Shown piece by piece: positions 1 to 8,556 of a stretch of 38,348 bases of DNA. A program made the translations under genes and the position numbers. Location of the stretch: IMG/VR virus record IMGVR_UViG_3300020399_000005, positions 1 through 38,348 of that record. One strand, 5' to 3'. The stretch is from a virus (Duplodnaviria; Caudoviricetes). Each line of letters opens with the position of its first letter. Position 1 is the stretch's first letter. Below the pieces are notes generated by a model. That model did not search any database, had not been told where the DNA came from, and worked only from the letters and a program-made list of their open reading frames with translations.

Positions 1-256
1 CGGCACGGCGGGTTTATGGGTGAGACCTACCCCGTTGCGCCCGTTTACTGCCATGACTGGGAGCCATGCGAAGAGGAGCAGCGACCGAGGGCACCCCCAG
101 GGGGGGTGGGGATAGTGAACCCCTTTATGTATAGATATCAATAGGCAGTGCGTTGTGTTTTGAAAACTTCGACGGGGGGGAGCGTTCTTTTTTTGTTTTC
201 TCCATGTATGCCTGTTATGGAAGAGCGGCTATGGGCATACAAGGTAGGGAAAGGGT

Positions 257-297
257 GGGGGGGAGGGGAAACCCTTGAGGGGTTTCCCCTCCCCCCC
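257..297. repeat. perfect 18-bp G/C-rich inverted repeat (hairpin/cruciform)
   Basis: GGGGGGGAGGGGAAACCC-ttgag-GGGTTTCCCCTCCCCCCC in the non-coding left end. Confidence 0.9.
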
Positions 298-298
298 C

Positions 299-357
299 CT
301 ACACTATACCTACACTGTCCCACTTTCCCTCACTGGGACAATTAAACTTTCCTATAG
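299..357. promoter_or_regulatory. divergent pair of TGGGACA-N14-TAG motifs (candidate phage promoters)
   Basis: TGTCCCA (316-322) and TGGGACA (334-340) form an inverted repeat; each is followed 14 nt later, in its own direction, by TAG; the + copy precedes the terS SD. Confidence 0.5.
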
Positions 358-367
358 GAGGTTCGTT

Positions 368-820
368 ATGCCCCAGAATGGTGGTGGCCGAGGCTGGGCC
401 ACAGACCCCGATACAGGACAACAGGTAATGCCCAACCAATGGGCAGAGTTTCTCGACTGGCTGTTATCGGATGAGCGTGTTCCTAGTTCTGCGAAGGAAT
501 GGTGTGTTGAGCGTGACTTGAATGAGCGTACGGTGAGGCGGTGGAAATCTGATCCTCGTTTTGTCCGTGAGTGGGACCGCAGGGCTGCCGAATTAAACGT
601 CCACCCCGAGCGTACCCAGTCAGTAGTTGACGCTCTGTACAAGCAGGCCGCACAGGGTGATGTTAAGGCTGCTTCTTTGTACTTACAGTACATAGAACGG
701 TTCACTCCGAAGCGGAGAGTGGTGGTTGATGATGAGCGTGAGGCATCGGGTATGTCTGATGCGGAGTTGGCTGCAGAGTTGGATTCGTTGGTTTCTGGTT
801 TAAGGAGCGAGGATGCCTAA
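368..820 (+). CDS. terS: terminase small subunit (phBC6A51-like helix-turn-helix)
   Basis: SD AGGAGG before ATG 368; HTH-like segment (LNERTVRRWKSDPRF) and ALYKQAAQGDVKAASLYLQY; lies upstream of the terL genes. Confidence 0.7.
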   Translation: MPQNGGGRGWATDPDTGQQVMPNQWAEFLDWLLSDERVPSSAKEWCVERDLNERTVRRWKSDPRFVREWDRRAAELNVHPERTQSVVDALYKQAAQGDVKAASLYLQYIERFTPKRRVVVDDEREASGMSDAELAAELDSLVSGLRSEDA

Positions 821-914
821 GGTTGGCAAGAGACATTTTTCTTATTCGACTAAGGGCCGCAAGGCTGCTAAGTCCTATGCCAAAAAGACGGGCAAGAAAG
901 TTACTAAAAGGTGA
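813..914 (+). CDS. small Lys-rich basic peptide (33 aa)
   Basis: MPKVGKRHFSYSTKGRKAAKSYAKKTGKKVTKR, read by hand; AAGGAG upstream; overlaps terS end; below ORF-track cutoff. Confidence 0.65.
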   Translation: MPKVGKRHFSYSTKGRKAAKSYAKKTGKKVTKR

Positions 915-916
915 GG

Positions 917-1075
917 GTGTTGGGTGCTACTTCACAGGATTTGCATGATGATGGGATGTGGATGCAGTTAGAAGAGATGGGAGAACGTCCCGATTTGTTG
1001 CTTGATCCGTTTTTGGATGATGAGCCTATTGAGTGTTCGTTGGATGAGGTCGATGTTTGTGAAAGTTGTCAGTGA
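917..1075 (+). CDS. small acidic peptide ending CSLDEVDVCESCQ (52 aa)
   Basis: GTG-start ORF read by hand; fills the gap between neighbours; TGATG stop/start coupling with the next gene; start uncertain. Confidence 0.65.
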   Translation: MLGATSQDLHDDGMWMQLEEMGERPDLLLDPFLDDEPIECSLDEVDVCESCQ

Positions 1076-1323
1076 TGGTGAGTAAATCGACTGAGTATTA
1101 CAACAATAATCCTGATGCGAAAGCTAAGAAGGATGCATACAACACGAAGTATCATGCGACTCCTGAACGCAAGGCGTATCGGGCGGACTTAGATAAGGAG
1201 CGGAGAGCTAGAGAGAAAGCTGGTCAGGTTTTGACTGGTAAGGATGTCTCCCATACTGCGGGGGGCGGCACGACGTTGGAGGATAGTTCTACGAATCGTG
1301 CTCGTAATAGGGGATTGAAATAA
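1075..1323 (+). CDS. small degenerate HNH-like protein
   Basis: GKDVSH...LEDSSTNRARN resembles minimal HNH-like proteins; ATG coupled to the upstream TGA. Confidence 0.55.
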   Translation: MVSKSTEYYNNNPDAKAKKDAYNTKYHATPERKAYRADLDKERRAREKAGQVLTGKDVSHTAGGGTTLEDSSTNRARNRGLK

Positions 1324-1338
1324 CTCTGTGGGGGGTTT

Positions 1339-1623
1339 ATGTCGATTAAAGATGTCGCTGAACGAACTGATGTTTGGGCAGAGGCCGTCAAAAAGATCAT
1401 TAAGGCTATTACGGCTGCTGTTGTGGCTCTTATTGCTGCTGTTTCTGGTGTTATGATGTTGTGGCCCGATGGTGAGGTAGAGCCTGTTGGGATTCCTTCT
1501 GAGATGATTACTGGTGGGGGCTACTCGGTGCAGTGTTCTCAGTTTATGAATACGATTGATATCACGTGGACTGAATCTCAGTGGTCTGTGTGGGAGCAGT
1601 TACGGAAAGATCTAGGCTGTTAG
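1339..1623 (+). CDS. hypothetical membrane protein
   Basis: 94-aa ORF with one hydrophobic helix (AITAAVVALIAAVSGVMMLW). Confidence 0.65.
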   Translation: MSIKDVAERTDVWAEAVKKIIKAITAAVVALIAAVSGVMMLWPDGEVEPVGIPSEMITGGGYSVQCSQFMNTIDITWTESQWSVWEQLRKDLGC

Positions 1624-1624
1624 T

Positions 1625-1804
1625 ATGACAAATTTTAGGGTTTCGGTGTGTGCGGGTCAGTGGTTTCGGATTCCTCCCATTATTCGTGAGTACAGGAGGG
1701 AGGATCGGGTGTGGTTTCCTGATGTGACTGTTTTTGGTGATTCTCCGTCGATGTATCCGTACAAAAAATATGTGCCTACGCATACTCATGGGGGCGAAAG
1801 CTAA
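1625..1804 (+). CDS. hypothetical protein (59 aa)
   Basis: MTNFRVSVCAGQWFRIPP...HGGES read by hand; starts 1 nt after the previous stop and ends overlapping the convergent oxygenase stop. Confidence 0.5.
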   Translation: MTNFRVSVCAGQWFRIPPIIREYRREDRVWFPDVTVFGDSPSMYPYKKYVPTHTHGGES

Positions 1805-2409
1805 CGGAGTGGGTAGCCGTTGTACCACATGACTGCTGCGTTACGTTCACCTGATTCAATAGGAGTTACACGATGTTCTATAAAACTGGGGAATACAACA
1901 ATAGATCCTCTGGGGGCGTCGTTGAATATGTGAAGCTGGTCATAGCAACGCAACTCAAGTTGGCCCCCTGTGTAGTCTTTAGGATCTGAAAGGTTGACTG
2001 TTGCTGAAAGTTTTCGGACAGTTCCCTGAAATTTGGGGAACGGTGTCACGTTCAAAGGAATCGGTGGTGCTACCTGAGCAACGAGTTTGCGGGCAGCGTG
2101 CAGGTCTTGGTTTCCGTCGATATGCCAGTTGTAATGATCTCCAACGGAGTACCTGGTGTATTGAACGGCTTCAGCTACTTGTAAGTCGTAGTACCAACCT
2201 GCTTCTTTGTTGGCTTGTTGCATCCAAGCGCCAAGCATTTCAGTACAGAAGGTTTCATAGATCCATGAGATCTGCGATTTCCGATGTCCTTCTTCGTGTC
2301 CGAAATGAAACCCTTCGACTTGTTCACTCTGCTCCGCAGCCTGGTCCAAGTCGTCGCACTGCTGTGGGGTTAAAGCCCTTGGGATGTACCAGTAATGATT
2401 GGTGAGCAT
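1801..2409 (-). CDS. 2OG-Fe(II) oxygenase, PKHD/prolyl-hydroxylase-like
   Basis: HxD (WHID), RKLSATVNLS..DYTGGQL, distal His (VFPSFIEHRVTP) and 2OG-binding Arg (GERNAAV.W). Confidence 0.9.
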   Translation of the reverse strand: MLTNHYWYIPRALTPQQCDDLDQAAEQSEQVEGFHFGHEEGHRKSQISWIYETFCTEMLGAWMQQANKEAGWYYDLQVAEAVQYTRYSVGDHYNWHIDGNQDLHAARKLVAQVAPPIPLNVTPFPKFQGTVRKLSATVNLSDPKDYTGGQLELRCYDQLHIFNDAPRGSIVVFPSFIEHRVTPIESGERNAAVMWYNGYPLR

Positions 2410-2410
2410 A

Positions 2411-3298
2411 ATGTCTAGATTATCAGAACTTCGTCAAGAAGCAGAGTGGAGGAAATGTGTTCGCGATGAGAACTATTTTTTACAGAATTACTGGCACATT
2501 GCTCATCCTGCTCACGGGCGTATTCTTTTTTCTTTACGTGAGGCTCAGGCGGAAGCTATCAAACATTGGGCCAAAAATAGGTACTCGCTGACTCTGAAGG
2601 CCCGCCAGATTGGGTGGAGTACTCTGGTAGCTGCACACCAGTTCTGGACAGCGTTTTTTCATCCTGATCAAAACATTATTGATCTCTCCAGAACTGAGCG
2701 AGAGTCTGTGTTGCTCCTTCGGAAAAGTAAGTACGGGTTCAGTCACCTTCCTAAGTGGATGGTTGAACGTGGTCCTAAATCGCTTGTGGAGCATCAGCAA
2801 CGTATGGGATTCGCTAATGGATCTCAAATTACGTCTTTGCCGTCTGCCTCTGATCCTGCTCGTGGTGAATCTGCAACTCTGATTGTGGTTGACGAGTGGG
2901 CTTTCCTTCCGAATGCGGAGGAAGCGTGGAGTTCTATAGAACCTGTAGCGGACGTGGGTGGCCGTATCATTGGTTTGAGTACGGCTAATGGTTCAGGAAA
3001 CTTTTTTCACCACTTGTGGGTGGGTGCTACAACTGGGGCTAACAAGTTTTCGTCGATGTTTTATCCTTGGTCTGCGACAGAGGATAGAGGACAATCCTGG
3101 TACCTGGAAAAAGTCGAGTCAATGTTGCCATGGCAGCTTGCTCAGGAATATCCGACGACGCCTGAAGAGGCGTTCGTCAAGTCAGGTAACCCTGTATTCG
3201 ATCTAGATATTCTTGAAGCTATGGAACAAAAAGTTATTCACGGCGAAACTGGGTACATGTTTAAGGCCCCTGGGGTGTTGGAGTTTCGGTCGCAATGA
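2411..3298 (+). CDS. terL: terminase large subunit, ATPase domain gene
   Basis: Walker A-like LKARQIGWST, Walker B LIVVDE, coupling motif STANG; ATG 2411 with GGTGA SD-like element. Confidence 0.9.
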   Translation: MSRLSELRQEAEWRKCVRDENYFLQNYWHIAHPAHGRILFSLREAQAEAIKHWAKNRYSLTLKARQIGWSTLVAAHQFWTAFFHPDQNIIDLSRTERESVLLLRKSKYGFSHLPKWMVERGPKSLVEHQQRMGFANGSQITSLPSASDPARGESATLIVVDEWAFLPNAEEAWSSIEPVADVGGRIIGLSTANGSGNFFHHLWVGATTGANKFSSMFYPWSATEDRGQSWYLEKVESMLPWQLAQEYPTTPEEAFVKSGNPVFDLDILEAMEQKVIHGETGYMFKAPGVLEFRSQ

Positions 3299-3966
3299 GT
3301 TTAGAAGTTTGGGAACGTCCTACAGCAAGATCCGCTTATGTTATGGGTATCGACACGGCTGAAGGTTTAGGTCACGGCGATTACTCTGTTATTCAGGTAT
3401 TGAATGTCGGTACAGGAAACCAGGCAGCCATATGGCACGGCCATATCGCTCCAGATCTTTTAGCCGAAGAGGTTGACAATGTAGGCCGTTGGTTTAATTC
3501 AGCTTTGTGCTGTGTCGAGTCAAACAACCATGGTTTGACAACTATCACTGAGTTGCGTCATTTGGGTTACCCCAATTTGTTTCGTAAACGACAACTCAAC
3601 AGTGTGAACAACAGAATTGGTCACGAGTATGGTTGGAAGACTACTCGTACGTCGAAACCGTTGATGATTGATGATTTGAGTTCGGCATTACGGAACGAAG
3701 AGTTGATTGTTCGGGATCGTCACACTTTGGCAGAGTTACGAACTTTTGTTCGTAACGACAGGGGGAGCATGGGTGGTTCTCCTTACGACGACCGTGTGAT
3801 GGCGTTAGCTTTGGCTAACCAGATGCGTAAATACGCTCACGAACCTGAGTACAGAGTTGAAGTAAACGACTATTGGACTGTTGACTGGTGGGGACGTTTA
3901 GCAATGGGAGAGCCAGATAGGCCTTCTTCTCTCATAGGCGGTACTACTATCCGTGGGACACGCTAA
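3295..3966 (+). CDS. terL: terminase large subunit, RNase H-like nuclease domain gene
   Basis: GIDTAEGLGHGDYS, VESNNHG, YDDRVMALALA acidic motifs; ATGA overlap with the ATPase gene. Confidence 0.9.
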   Translation: MSLEVWERPTARSAYVMGIDTAEGLGHGDYSVIQVLNVGTGNQAAIWHGHIAPDLLAEEVDNVGRWFNSALCCVESNNHGLTTITELRHLGYPNLFRKRQLNSVNNRIGHEYGWKTTRTSKPLMIDDLSSALRNEELIVRDRHTLAELRTFVRNDRGSMGGSPYDDRVMALALANQMRKYAHEPEYRVEVNDYWTVDWWGRLAMGEPDRPSSLIGGTTIRGTR

Positions 3967-3977
3967 CCTTTCTATAG
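3954..3977 (+). promoter_or_regulatory. candidate late promoter TGGGACA-N14-TAG
   Basis: TGGGACAcgctaacctttCTATAG; same spacing as the copy at 334-357. Confidence 0.5.
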
Positions 3978-4000
3978 ACATGTCATTTTTGGAGGAATCC

Positions 4001-4285
4001 GTGGGAAGAAATATTGCTCAAACACCTGGAGTCACCGTTGACGGTACTAAAGGTGCAAATAACAAGATGGAACGTGGCGGATCAGTATCCGCTAACCCCA
4101 TTTGGACCCCTGGAGGTCCACAATCACCTAAACAGCGATTGACTGCAGGGAAGTATGCGAACCAAAACGGTGATTTAGGTAAAACTGTGAGTGTTCGCGA
4201 AACCCCGAAAAATCAGCACGGAACCAGTGGCAAGGTTGAGCCTCTTGGTAAGCAGCCTGATCTTCGCGGCCATAACGCTGGTTAA
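4001..4285 (+). CDS. hypothetical Gly/Pro/Asn-rich protein
   Basis: GGAGGA SD before GTG 4001; ORF track. Confidence 0.65.
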   Translation: MGRNIAQTPGVTVDGTKGANNKMERGGSVSANPIWTPGGPQSPKQRLTAGKYANQNGDLGKTVSVRETPKNQHGTSGKVEPLGKQPDLRGHNAG

Positions 4286-4288
4286 AAT

Positions 4289-4558
4289 ATGGCTGTCCTC
4301 CGAGATGAGGCCAGCTTCGTAGAGTTCTCTGAGTATGTTCTCGCACGGAGAGATGTTCCTTTAAGGGAACTCAGGGAACTTTACGAACGTCGTTTGCGCC
4401 TAAAATCAATAACAGTGCATACTGGTGAAGCCTATAGAAAGACTTTGCCTGTAGATGAACGCCATCTGACTAACCGTGAACGAGAAGCTAAGGTGTTTGC
4501 CGAAGCTAAATCTCAAGGGCGTAACATCGAAAAACTCCCTGAGAAAGCGCAATTCTGA
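4289..4558 (+). CDS. hypothetical protein
   Basis: 89-aa ORF, TGATG-coupled to portal. Confidence 0.7.
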   Translation: MAVLRDEASFVEFSEYVLARRDVPLRELRELYERRLRLKSITVHTGEAYRKTLPVDERHLTNREREAKVFAEAKSQGRNIEKLPEKAQF

Positions 4559-6438
4559 TGGTTCAAAAGTCTCGTCAAGAACTCCTAGGTGAATACACTG
4601 AAGGCGTCGAGAAATGTCGCCAATGGCGTGACCAGCAAGGCTACGAAAACACTTGGCGACGGTTAATAGACTTGTACAAGGGTAAGCACTGGCCTTCGAC
4701 AACTTCAAACCAGCAAGATCTGATTGCAGTCAATTTAGCGTTTTCGACAGTCAACGTGATCGCACCAAGTGTTGCGGTGAACTATCCAAAGATAGTTGTT
4801 CAAGCAAACACGGAAGAGAATGTTGACAGGGCCATATTTGTTGAAGCAATCATCAACTACATGTGGAAACACCACAACTTTCGTGACCCTTTCCGTCACG
4901 CAGTCAAAGATTTCCTAATATTTGGTCATGGCTGGATAAAAGTTGGTTGGAAATTTCTTGAGCAAACACAACTTGTTACCGAAGTCGAGCGGGAAAGTTT
5001 AATAGATCAAGCGTTTCAAGAAGTCGCAGATTTCGCAGCAGATAGCCCTGAGCTAGCTGCTGACCTTCCCACGAACGAAGATATCTACGCAAATATCCCT
5101 CAAACAATTACGAGGGTCGTTGAGGATCAGCCGTTCGTGGAAAGGATCTCTCCTTTCGACATTTTTGTAGATCCTAAAGCAAACACAATGGGAGAAGCTG
5201 GTTGGATTGCCCAACGGATCGTAAGGAACCTTAACGAAGCTCAAAACGATAAGCGTTACAAACCATCGGCACGGAAACGGCTGTCAAGCAACTATATTCC
5301 TGATGACAACACAGCGATGGAAGAAAAAAACCAGTATCTCCCTGACCAAGTAGTTGTATGGGAATACTACGACATGAGATTGAACACGCTTTCGGTTTAC
5401 GCTGAGGGTGCTGACGAGTTTCTTATAGATCCCGTGGCAATGCCTTACGCATACGGTCAACCGTTCGTAATGGTCCGAAATTATGATGTTCCAGATCAAT
5501 TCTATCCGATAGGTGATCTCGAAAGTATCGAAAGTCTCCAGTTGGAGCTTGATAAGACTCGTTCACAGTTGATGAACGACAGAAAGCGTTACGCCAGGAA
5601 ATGGTTGTACCACGAACGCTCATTTGGACCTGAAGGTCGTGAAGCTCTTGAATCTGATGATGATGGACGTATGGTCCCTGTCGTGGATGAGAACAAACCA
5701 CTTTCTGAAGTGGTTGTTCCGATGCCTCAGGTGCCAATTAGTCCTGAAATATACAACTATTCGTCCATAATTGAAGCTGATATTAATACTGTTTCAGGTA
5801 TTTCGGAGTACGCCAGAGGCGCAATGCCTGAGATTAGGCGTACGGCTACTGAGGCTTCTATTGTTGCTGATGCCCAGAATGCTCGGTCTGCGGACAAGTT
5901 AGCGATTGTCGAAATTGCTATTTCTCAGGTAGCTGGAAGAGTCATACAACTCATGCAAGAGTTTATGACAGGTGAACAAATAGCCAGAATCACCAGTGTC
6001 GGTGGTGAAGACATGTTTGTTGACTACACCCGTGAAGATATTACTGGAGAATACGATTTCTCTGTTCAAGCTGGTTCTACGCAGCCGATGAATGACACAA
6101 TTCGTAAGCAACAAGCGATTTCGTTGATGAATGCTATAGGTCCGCTTGTTGGAACAGTCATTGACCCCGCTGCTTTAGCGATGCACGTGTTGGAGAATGG
6201 TTTCGGTATCAAAGATCCAGCGAAGTTCATTATGCAAGGGCAACCTCCGCAGCCAGAGGAAGAAGAAGTCGTGGAGGAAGAAGGACCAATAATTTCTCCG
6301 CCAGATTTAGGCGCAATGGGTATGTCTGGAGGGATGGGAGCGCCTGAAGGTGGTGCGTTTGCGCCCACTGGTGGCATACCGCCAGAGATTTTAGCGCAGC
6401 TTCAAAATCAAATGGGTGTCGAGCTTCCCTCTTTATAG
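4558..6438 (+). CDS. portal protein
   Basis: 626 aa, lies after terL; DFLIFGHGWIKVGW and VERISPFDIFVDP motifs typical of podovirus portals; low-complexity C-tail. Confidence 0.85.
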   Translation: MVQKSRQELLGEYTEGVEKCRQWRDQQGYENTWRRLIDLYKGKHWPSTTSNQQDLIAVNLAFSTVNVIAPSVAVNYPKIVVQANTEENVDRAIFVEAIINYMWKHHNFRDPFRHAVKDFLIFGHGWIKVGWKFLEQTQLVTEVERESLIDQAFQEVADFAADSPELAADLPTNEDIYANIPQTITRVVEDQPFVERISPFDIFVDPKANTMGEAGWIAQRIVRNLNEAQNDKRYKPSARKRLSSNYIPDDNTAMEEKNQYLPDQVVVWEYYDMRLNTLSVYAEGADEFLIDPVAMPYAYGQPFVMVRNYDVPDQFYPIGDLESIESLQLELDKTRSQLMNDRKRYARKWLYHERSFGPEGREALESDDDGRMVPVVDENKPLSEVVVPMPQVPISPEIYNYSSIIEADINTVSGISEYARGAMPEIRRTATEASIVADAQNARSADKLAIVEIAISQVAGRVIQLMQEFMTGEQIARITSVGGEDMFVDYTREDITGEYDFSVQAGSTQPMNDTIRKQQAISLMNAIGPLVGTVIDPAALAMHVLENGFGIKDPAKFIMQGQPPQPEEEEVVEEEGPIISPPDLGAMGMSGGMGAPEGGAFAPTGGIPPEILAQLQNQMGVELPSL

Positions 6439-6463
6439 TGGGACACTCCTCTATAGTTATTAG
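6439..6463 (+). promoter_or_regulatory. candidate late promoter TGGGACA-N15-TAG
   Basis: intergenic, upstream of scaffold/capsid genes. Confidence 0.45.
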
Positions 6464-6498
6464 GAACAATCTCGCAGAGAATTCCTTAGGAGGGGCTA

Positions 6499-7230
6499 GT
6501 GCCCGAAGAAAATGAAGTTGATATGGAATCCACGTATGTGGATGACCCTGAATCTTCAATAGATGTTCCATTGGAACCTGGGGAAACGTACACCATCAAG
6601 GTAGATGGTGTCGAAGAACAGGTCAGCCTTGAAGAACTTCAAAACGGCTATCAGAGACATTCGGATTACACCCGAAAGACTCAAGAGGTGGCCGCTGAAC
6701 GTGACCGTTTACATCAGGCCGAACAAATAGTGTCTGCTTTGGAAAATAATCCAGAGGAAACACTTAGAACTCTGGCTCAATCTTTCGATTTAGATTTCGG
6801 AGGACAACCTGATTCTTCTAGCCAAGATTACAACTGGGAAGAAGAAGAAGACCCTACCGCCAAAAAGATTGCTGCCCTAGAAAAAAGAGTTGAACAGTCT
6901 GAAAGCGTTCGCAGACAGGAAGCAGTAGAGCGACAAGTATCGAACCTACAGGAAACATACGGCGATTTTGATAGCCGTGAATTGCTTAATCACGCTTTGC
7001 GACACAAGATTCCAAATCTTGAGGCTGCTTACACGCATTGGCGATTCGATGAGGTTAAAAGCACTGCTGACAAACTAACGAAGGAACAAGAAATTGTTTC
7101 TAAGAAACGGGAAGCAGCAGTAGTGGAACCTGGGGGGTCAACCCAAATGGGAACCGATTCCAAACCCACCTCAATTCCTAAAAGTATCCGAGAAGCATTC
7201 GCTCAGGCAAAGGAACAACTAAGCACTTAA
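6499..7230 (+). CDS. capsid scaffolding protein
   Basis: acidic N-terminus, YTIKVDGVEEQVSLEELQNGYQRHSDYTRKTQE motif, coiled coil; between portal and capsid. Confidence 0.85.
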   Translation: MPEENEVDMESTYVDDPESSIDVPLEPGETYTIKVDGVEEQVSLEELQNGYQRHSDYTRKTQEVAAERDRLHQAEQIVSALENNPEETLRTLAQSFDLDFGGQPDSSSQDYNWEEEEDPTAKKIAALEKRVEQSESVRRQEAVERQVSNLQETYGDFDSRELLNHALRHKIPNLEAAYTHWRFDEVKSTADKLTKEQEIVSKKREAAVVEPGGSTQMGTDSKPTSIPKSIREAFAQAKEQLST

Positions 7231-7250
7231 CCTTTTAGGAGCAAACAAAT

Positions 7251-8231
7251 ATGGCTGGAAACGCCAATTTCGATCAAATATTGAGCACCACGCTCAATAA
7301 CTATATTCCGCGATTAACGGACAACATTTTCAGTGCCCGTCCATTGTTTTATGCGTTGACAAACACTGGAACAATGCGAACAGTAAGTGGTGGCGCAAAG
7401 ATTGTTGTTCCAATTATCTATGGAGCAAACACTACGGCTGACCACTACGCTGGTTCGGAAACTATTCTCACGACCGCTCAAGCAGGTATTTCGGCTGCTG
7501 AGTACTCATGGGGACAGTACGCCGCAACGGTAACCATTAATGGTCTTGAAGAAGCCCAAAACAATGGTGAAGCACAGATCATTGACCTTCTCGAAGGCAA
7601 GATCTTCCAGACACAGGAAACCATTATTGAGAACATGAACTTAATGTTCTATCAAACTGGTCCTGGCGCTGGTGCTTTGGCTACTCGGTGGAACGGTCTG
7701 GAACAAATTGTTGACGGATCAGTCCTTACGGCCAACACCCTTGGGGGTATTGACCCATCCGTAACAGGTGACGACTTTTGGGCTTCGCAAGAAACCGCCT
7801 CTGGTGGTGTCGCTAGCTTGACTGCAGCAATGATGGCAACGATGTACAACGATTGTTCGACTGGTAATGACCAGCCGACAATCATCATCACGTCGCAGCA
7901 AGCGTATGAAAAGTATGAAAGCTTGCTGACAGGTCAAATGCGGTACACCGATACCGACATGGCTGACGCTGGCTTCCAGAACCTCATGTTCAAGGGTGCG
8001 CCCATCACATTTGATGGAGCCATCTCGACAGGGACCGTTGCTGCGGCGTCACAACCGATGTACTTCTTGAACACGAAGTACCTTCAGCTTGTACGACACA
8101 GCGATGTGTGGTTCAAAGCAACTCCGTTTGTACGCCCAACCAGCCAAGACGCAGTGTTTTCACAAATACTTGCGTACGGTCAGTTGACATGTTCAAACCG
8201 TGCCCGACAAGGGGTACTAACAGGGCTATAA
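7251..8231 (+). CDS. major capsid protein
   Basis: 326 aa after scaffold; AGGAG SD; GFQNLMFKGAPI and MYFLNTKYL motifs; followed by a terminator. Confidence 0.85.
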   Translation: MAGNANFDQILSTTLNNYIPRLTDNIFSARPLFYALTNTGTMRTVSGGAKIVVPIIYGANTTADHYAGSETILTTAQAGISAAEYSWGQYAATVTINGLEEAQNNGEAQIIDLLEGKIFQTQETIIENMNLMFYQTGPGAGALATRWNGLEQIVDGSVLTANTLGGIDPSVTGDDFWASQETASGGVASLTAAMMATMYNDCSTGNDQPTIIITSQQAYEKYESLLTGQMRYTDTDMADAGFQNLMFKGAPITFDGAISTGTVAAASQPMYFLNTKYLQLVRHSDVWFKATPFVRPTSQDAVFSQILAYGQLTCSNRARQGVLTGL

Positions 8232-8246
8232 CCCACAAATGACGAC

Positions 8247-8282
8247 GTGGGGGGCTTCGGCCCCCCACCATGTCACTTTTTT
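8247..8282 (+). terminator. intrinsic terminator after major capsid gene
   Basis: GTGGGGGGC-TTCG-GCCCCCCAC stem-loop followed after 8 nt by T6. Confidence 0.75.
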
Positions 8283-8290
8283 GAGGACTT

Positions 8291-8554
8291 ATGCGAAACG
8301 TCAGTAGAGTAAATGCAACCAACCAAATTAGTTACTCAAAAAATTCGAGGTTATATGCTGACCCTGGGGAGAGAGGGAAAGTAGTCGCTGCTAGGTCTTC
8401 TCAGCATGGAAGTCGCAACGTAATGGAAGCTGAAGACTTCGGTGAAATTATTAAACCCACCACGAATAGTTGTTTAGCGATAGCTAAGTCTGGTGAACCT
8501 TGCAAAGCTCGCCCTGCTGAGGGAGAAAGCTTCTGTACTTTCCATAAGGAGTAG
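8291..8554 (+). CDS. hypothetical protein with C-terminal CCCH zinc-finger-like motif
   Basis: CLAIAKSGEPCKARPAEGESFCTFH. Confidence 0.7.
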   Translation: MRNVSRVNATNQISYSKNSRLYADPGERGKVVAARSSQHGSRNVMEAEDFGEIIKPTTNSCLAIAKSGEPCKARPAEGESFCTFHKE

Positions 8555-8556
8555 GT

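Noticed and set aside
275-367. N-terminal extension of terS and ORFs 138-323 / 148-345
   Set aside because: They run through the G/C hairpin and motif region; a strong SD supports ATG 368.
1562-1828. - strand 88-aa ORF downstream of the oxygenase
   Set aside because: Overlaps genes on both sides; the + strand 59-aa ORF 1625-1804 fits the gap exactly.
3262-3298. Programmed -1 frameshift fusing the terL halves
   Set aside because: Only 30 nt of open -1 frame before the ATG and no X-XXY-YYZ slippery site; not fully excluded without proteomics.
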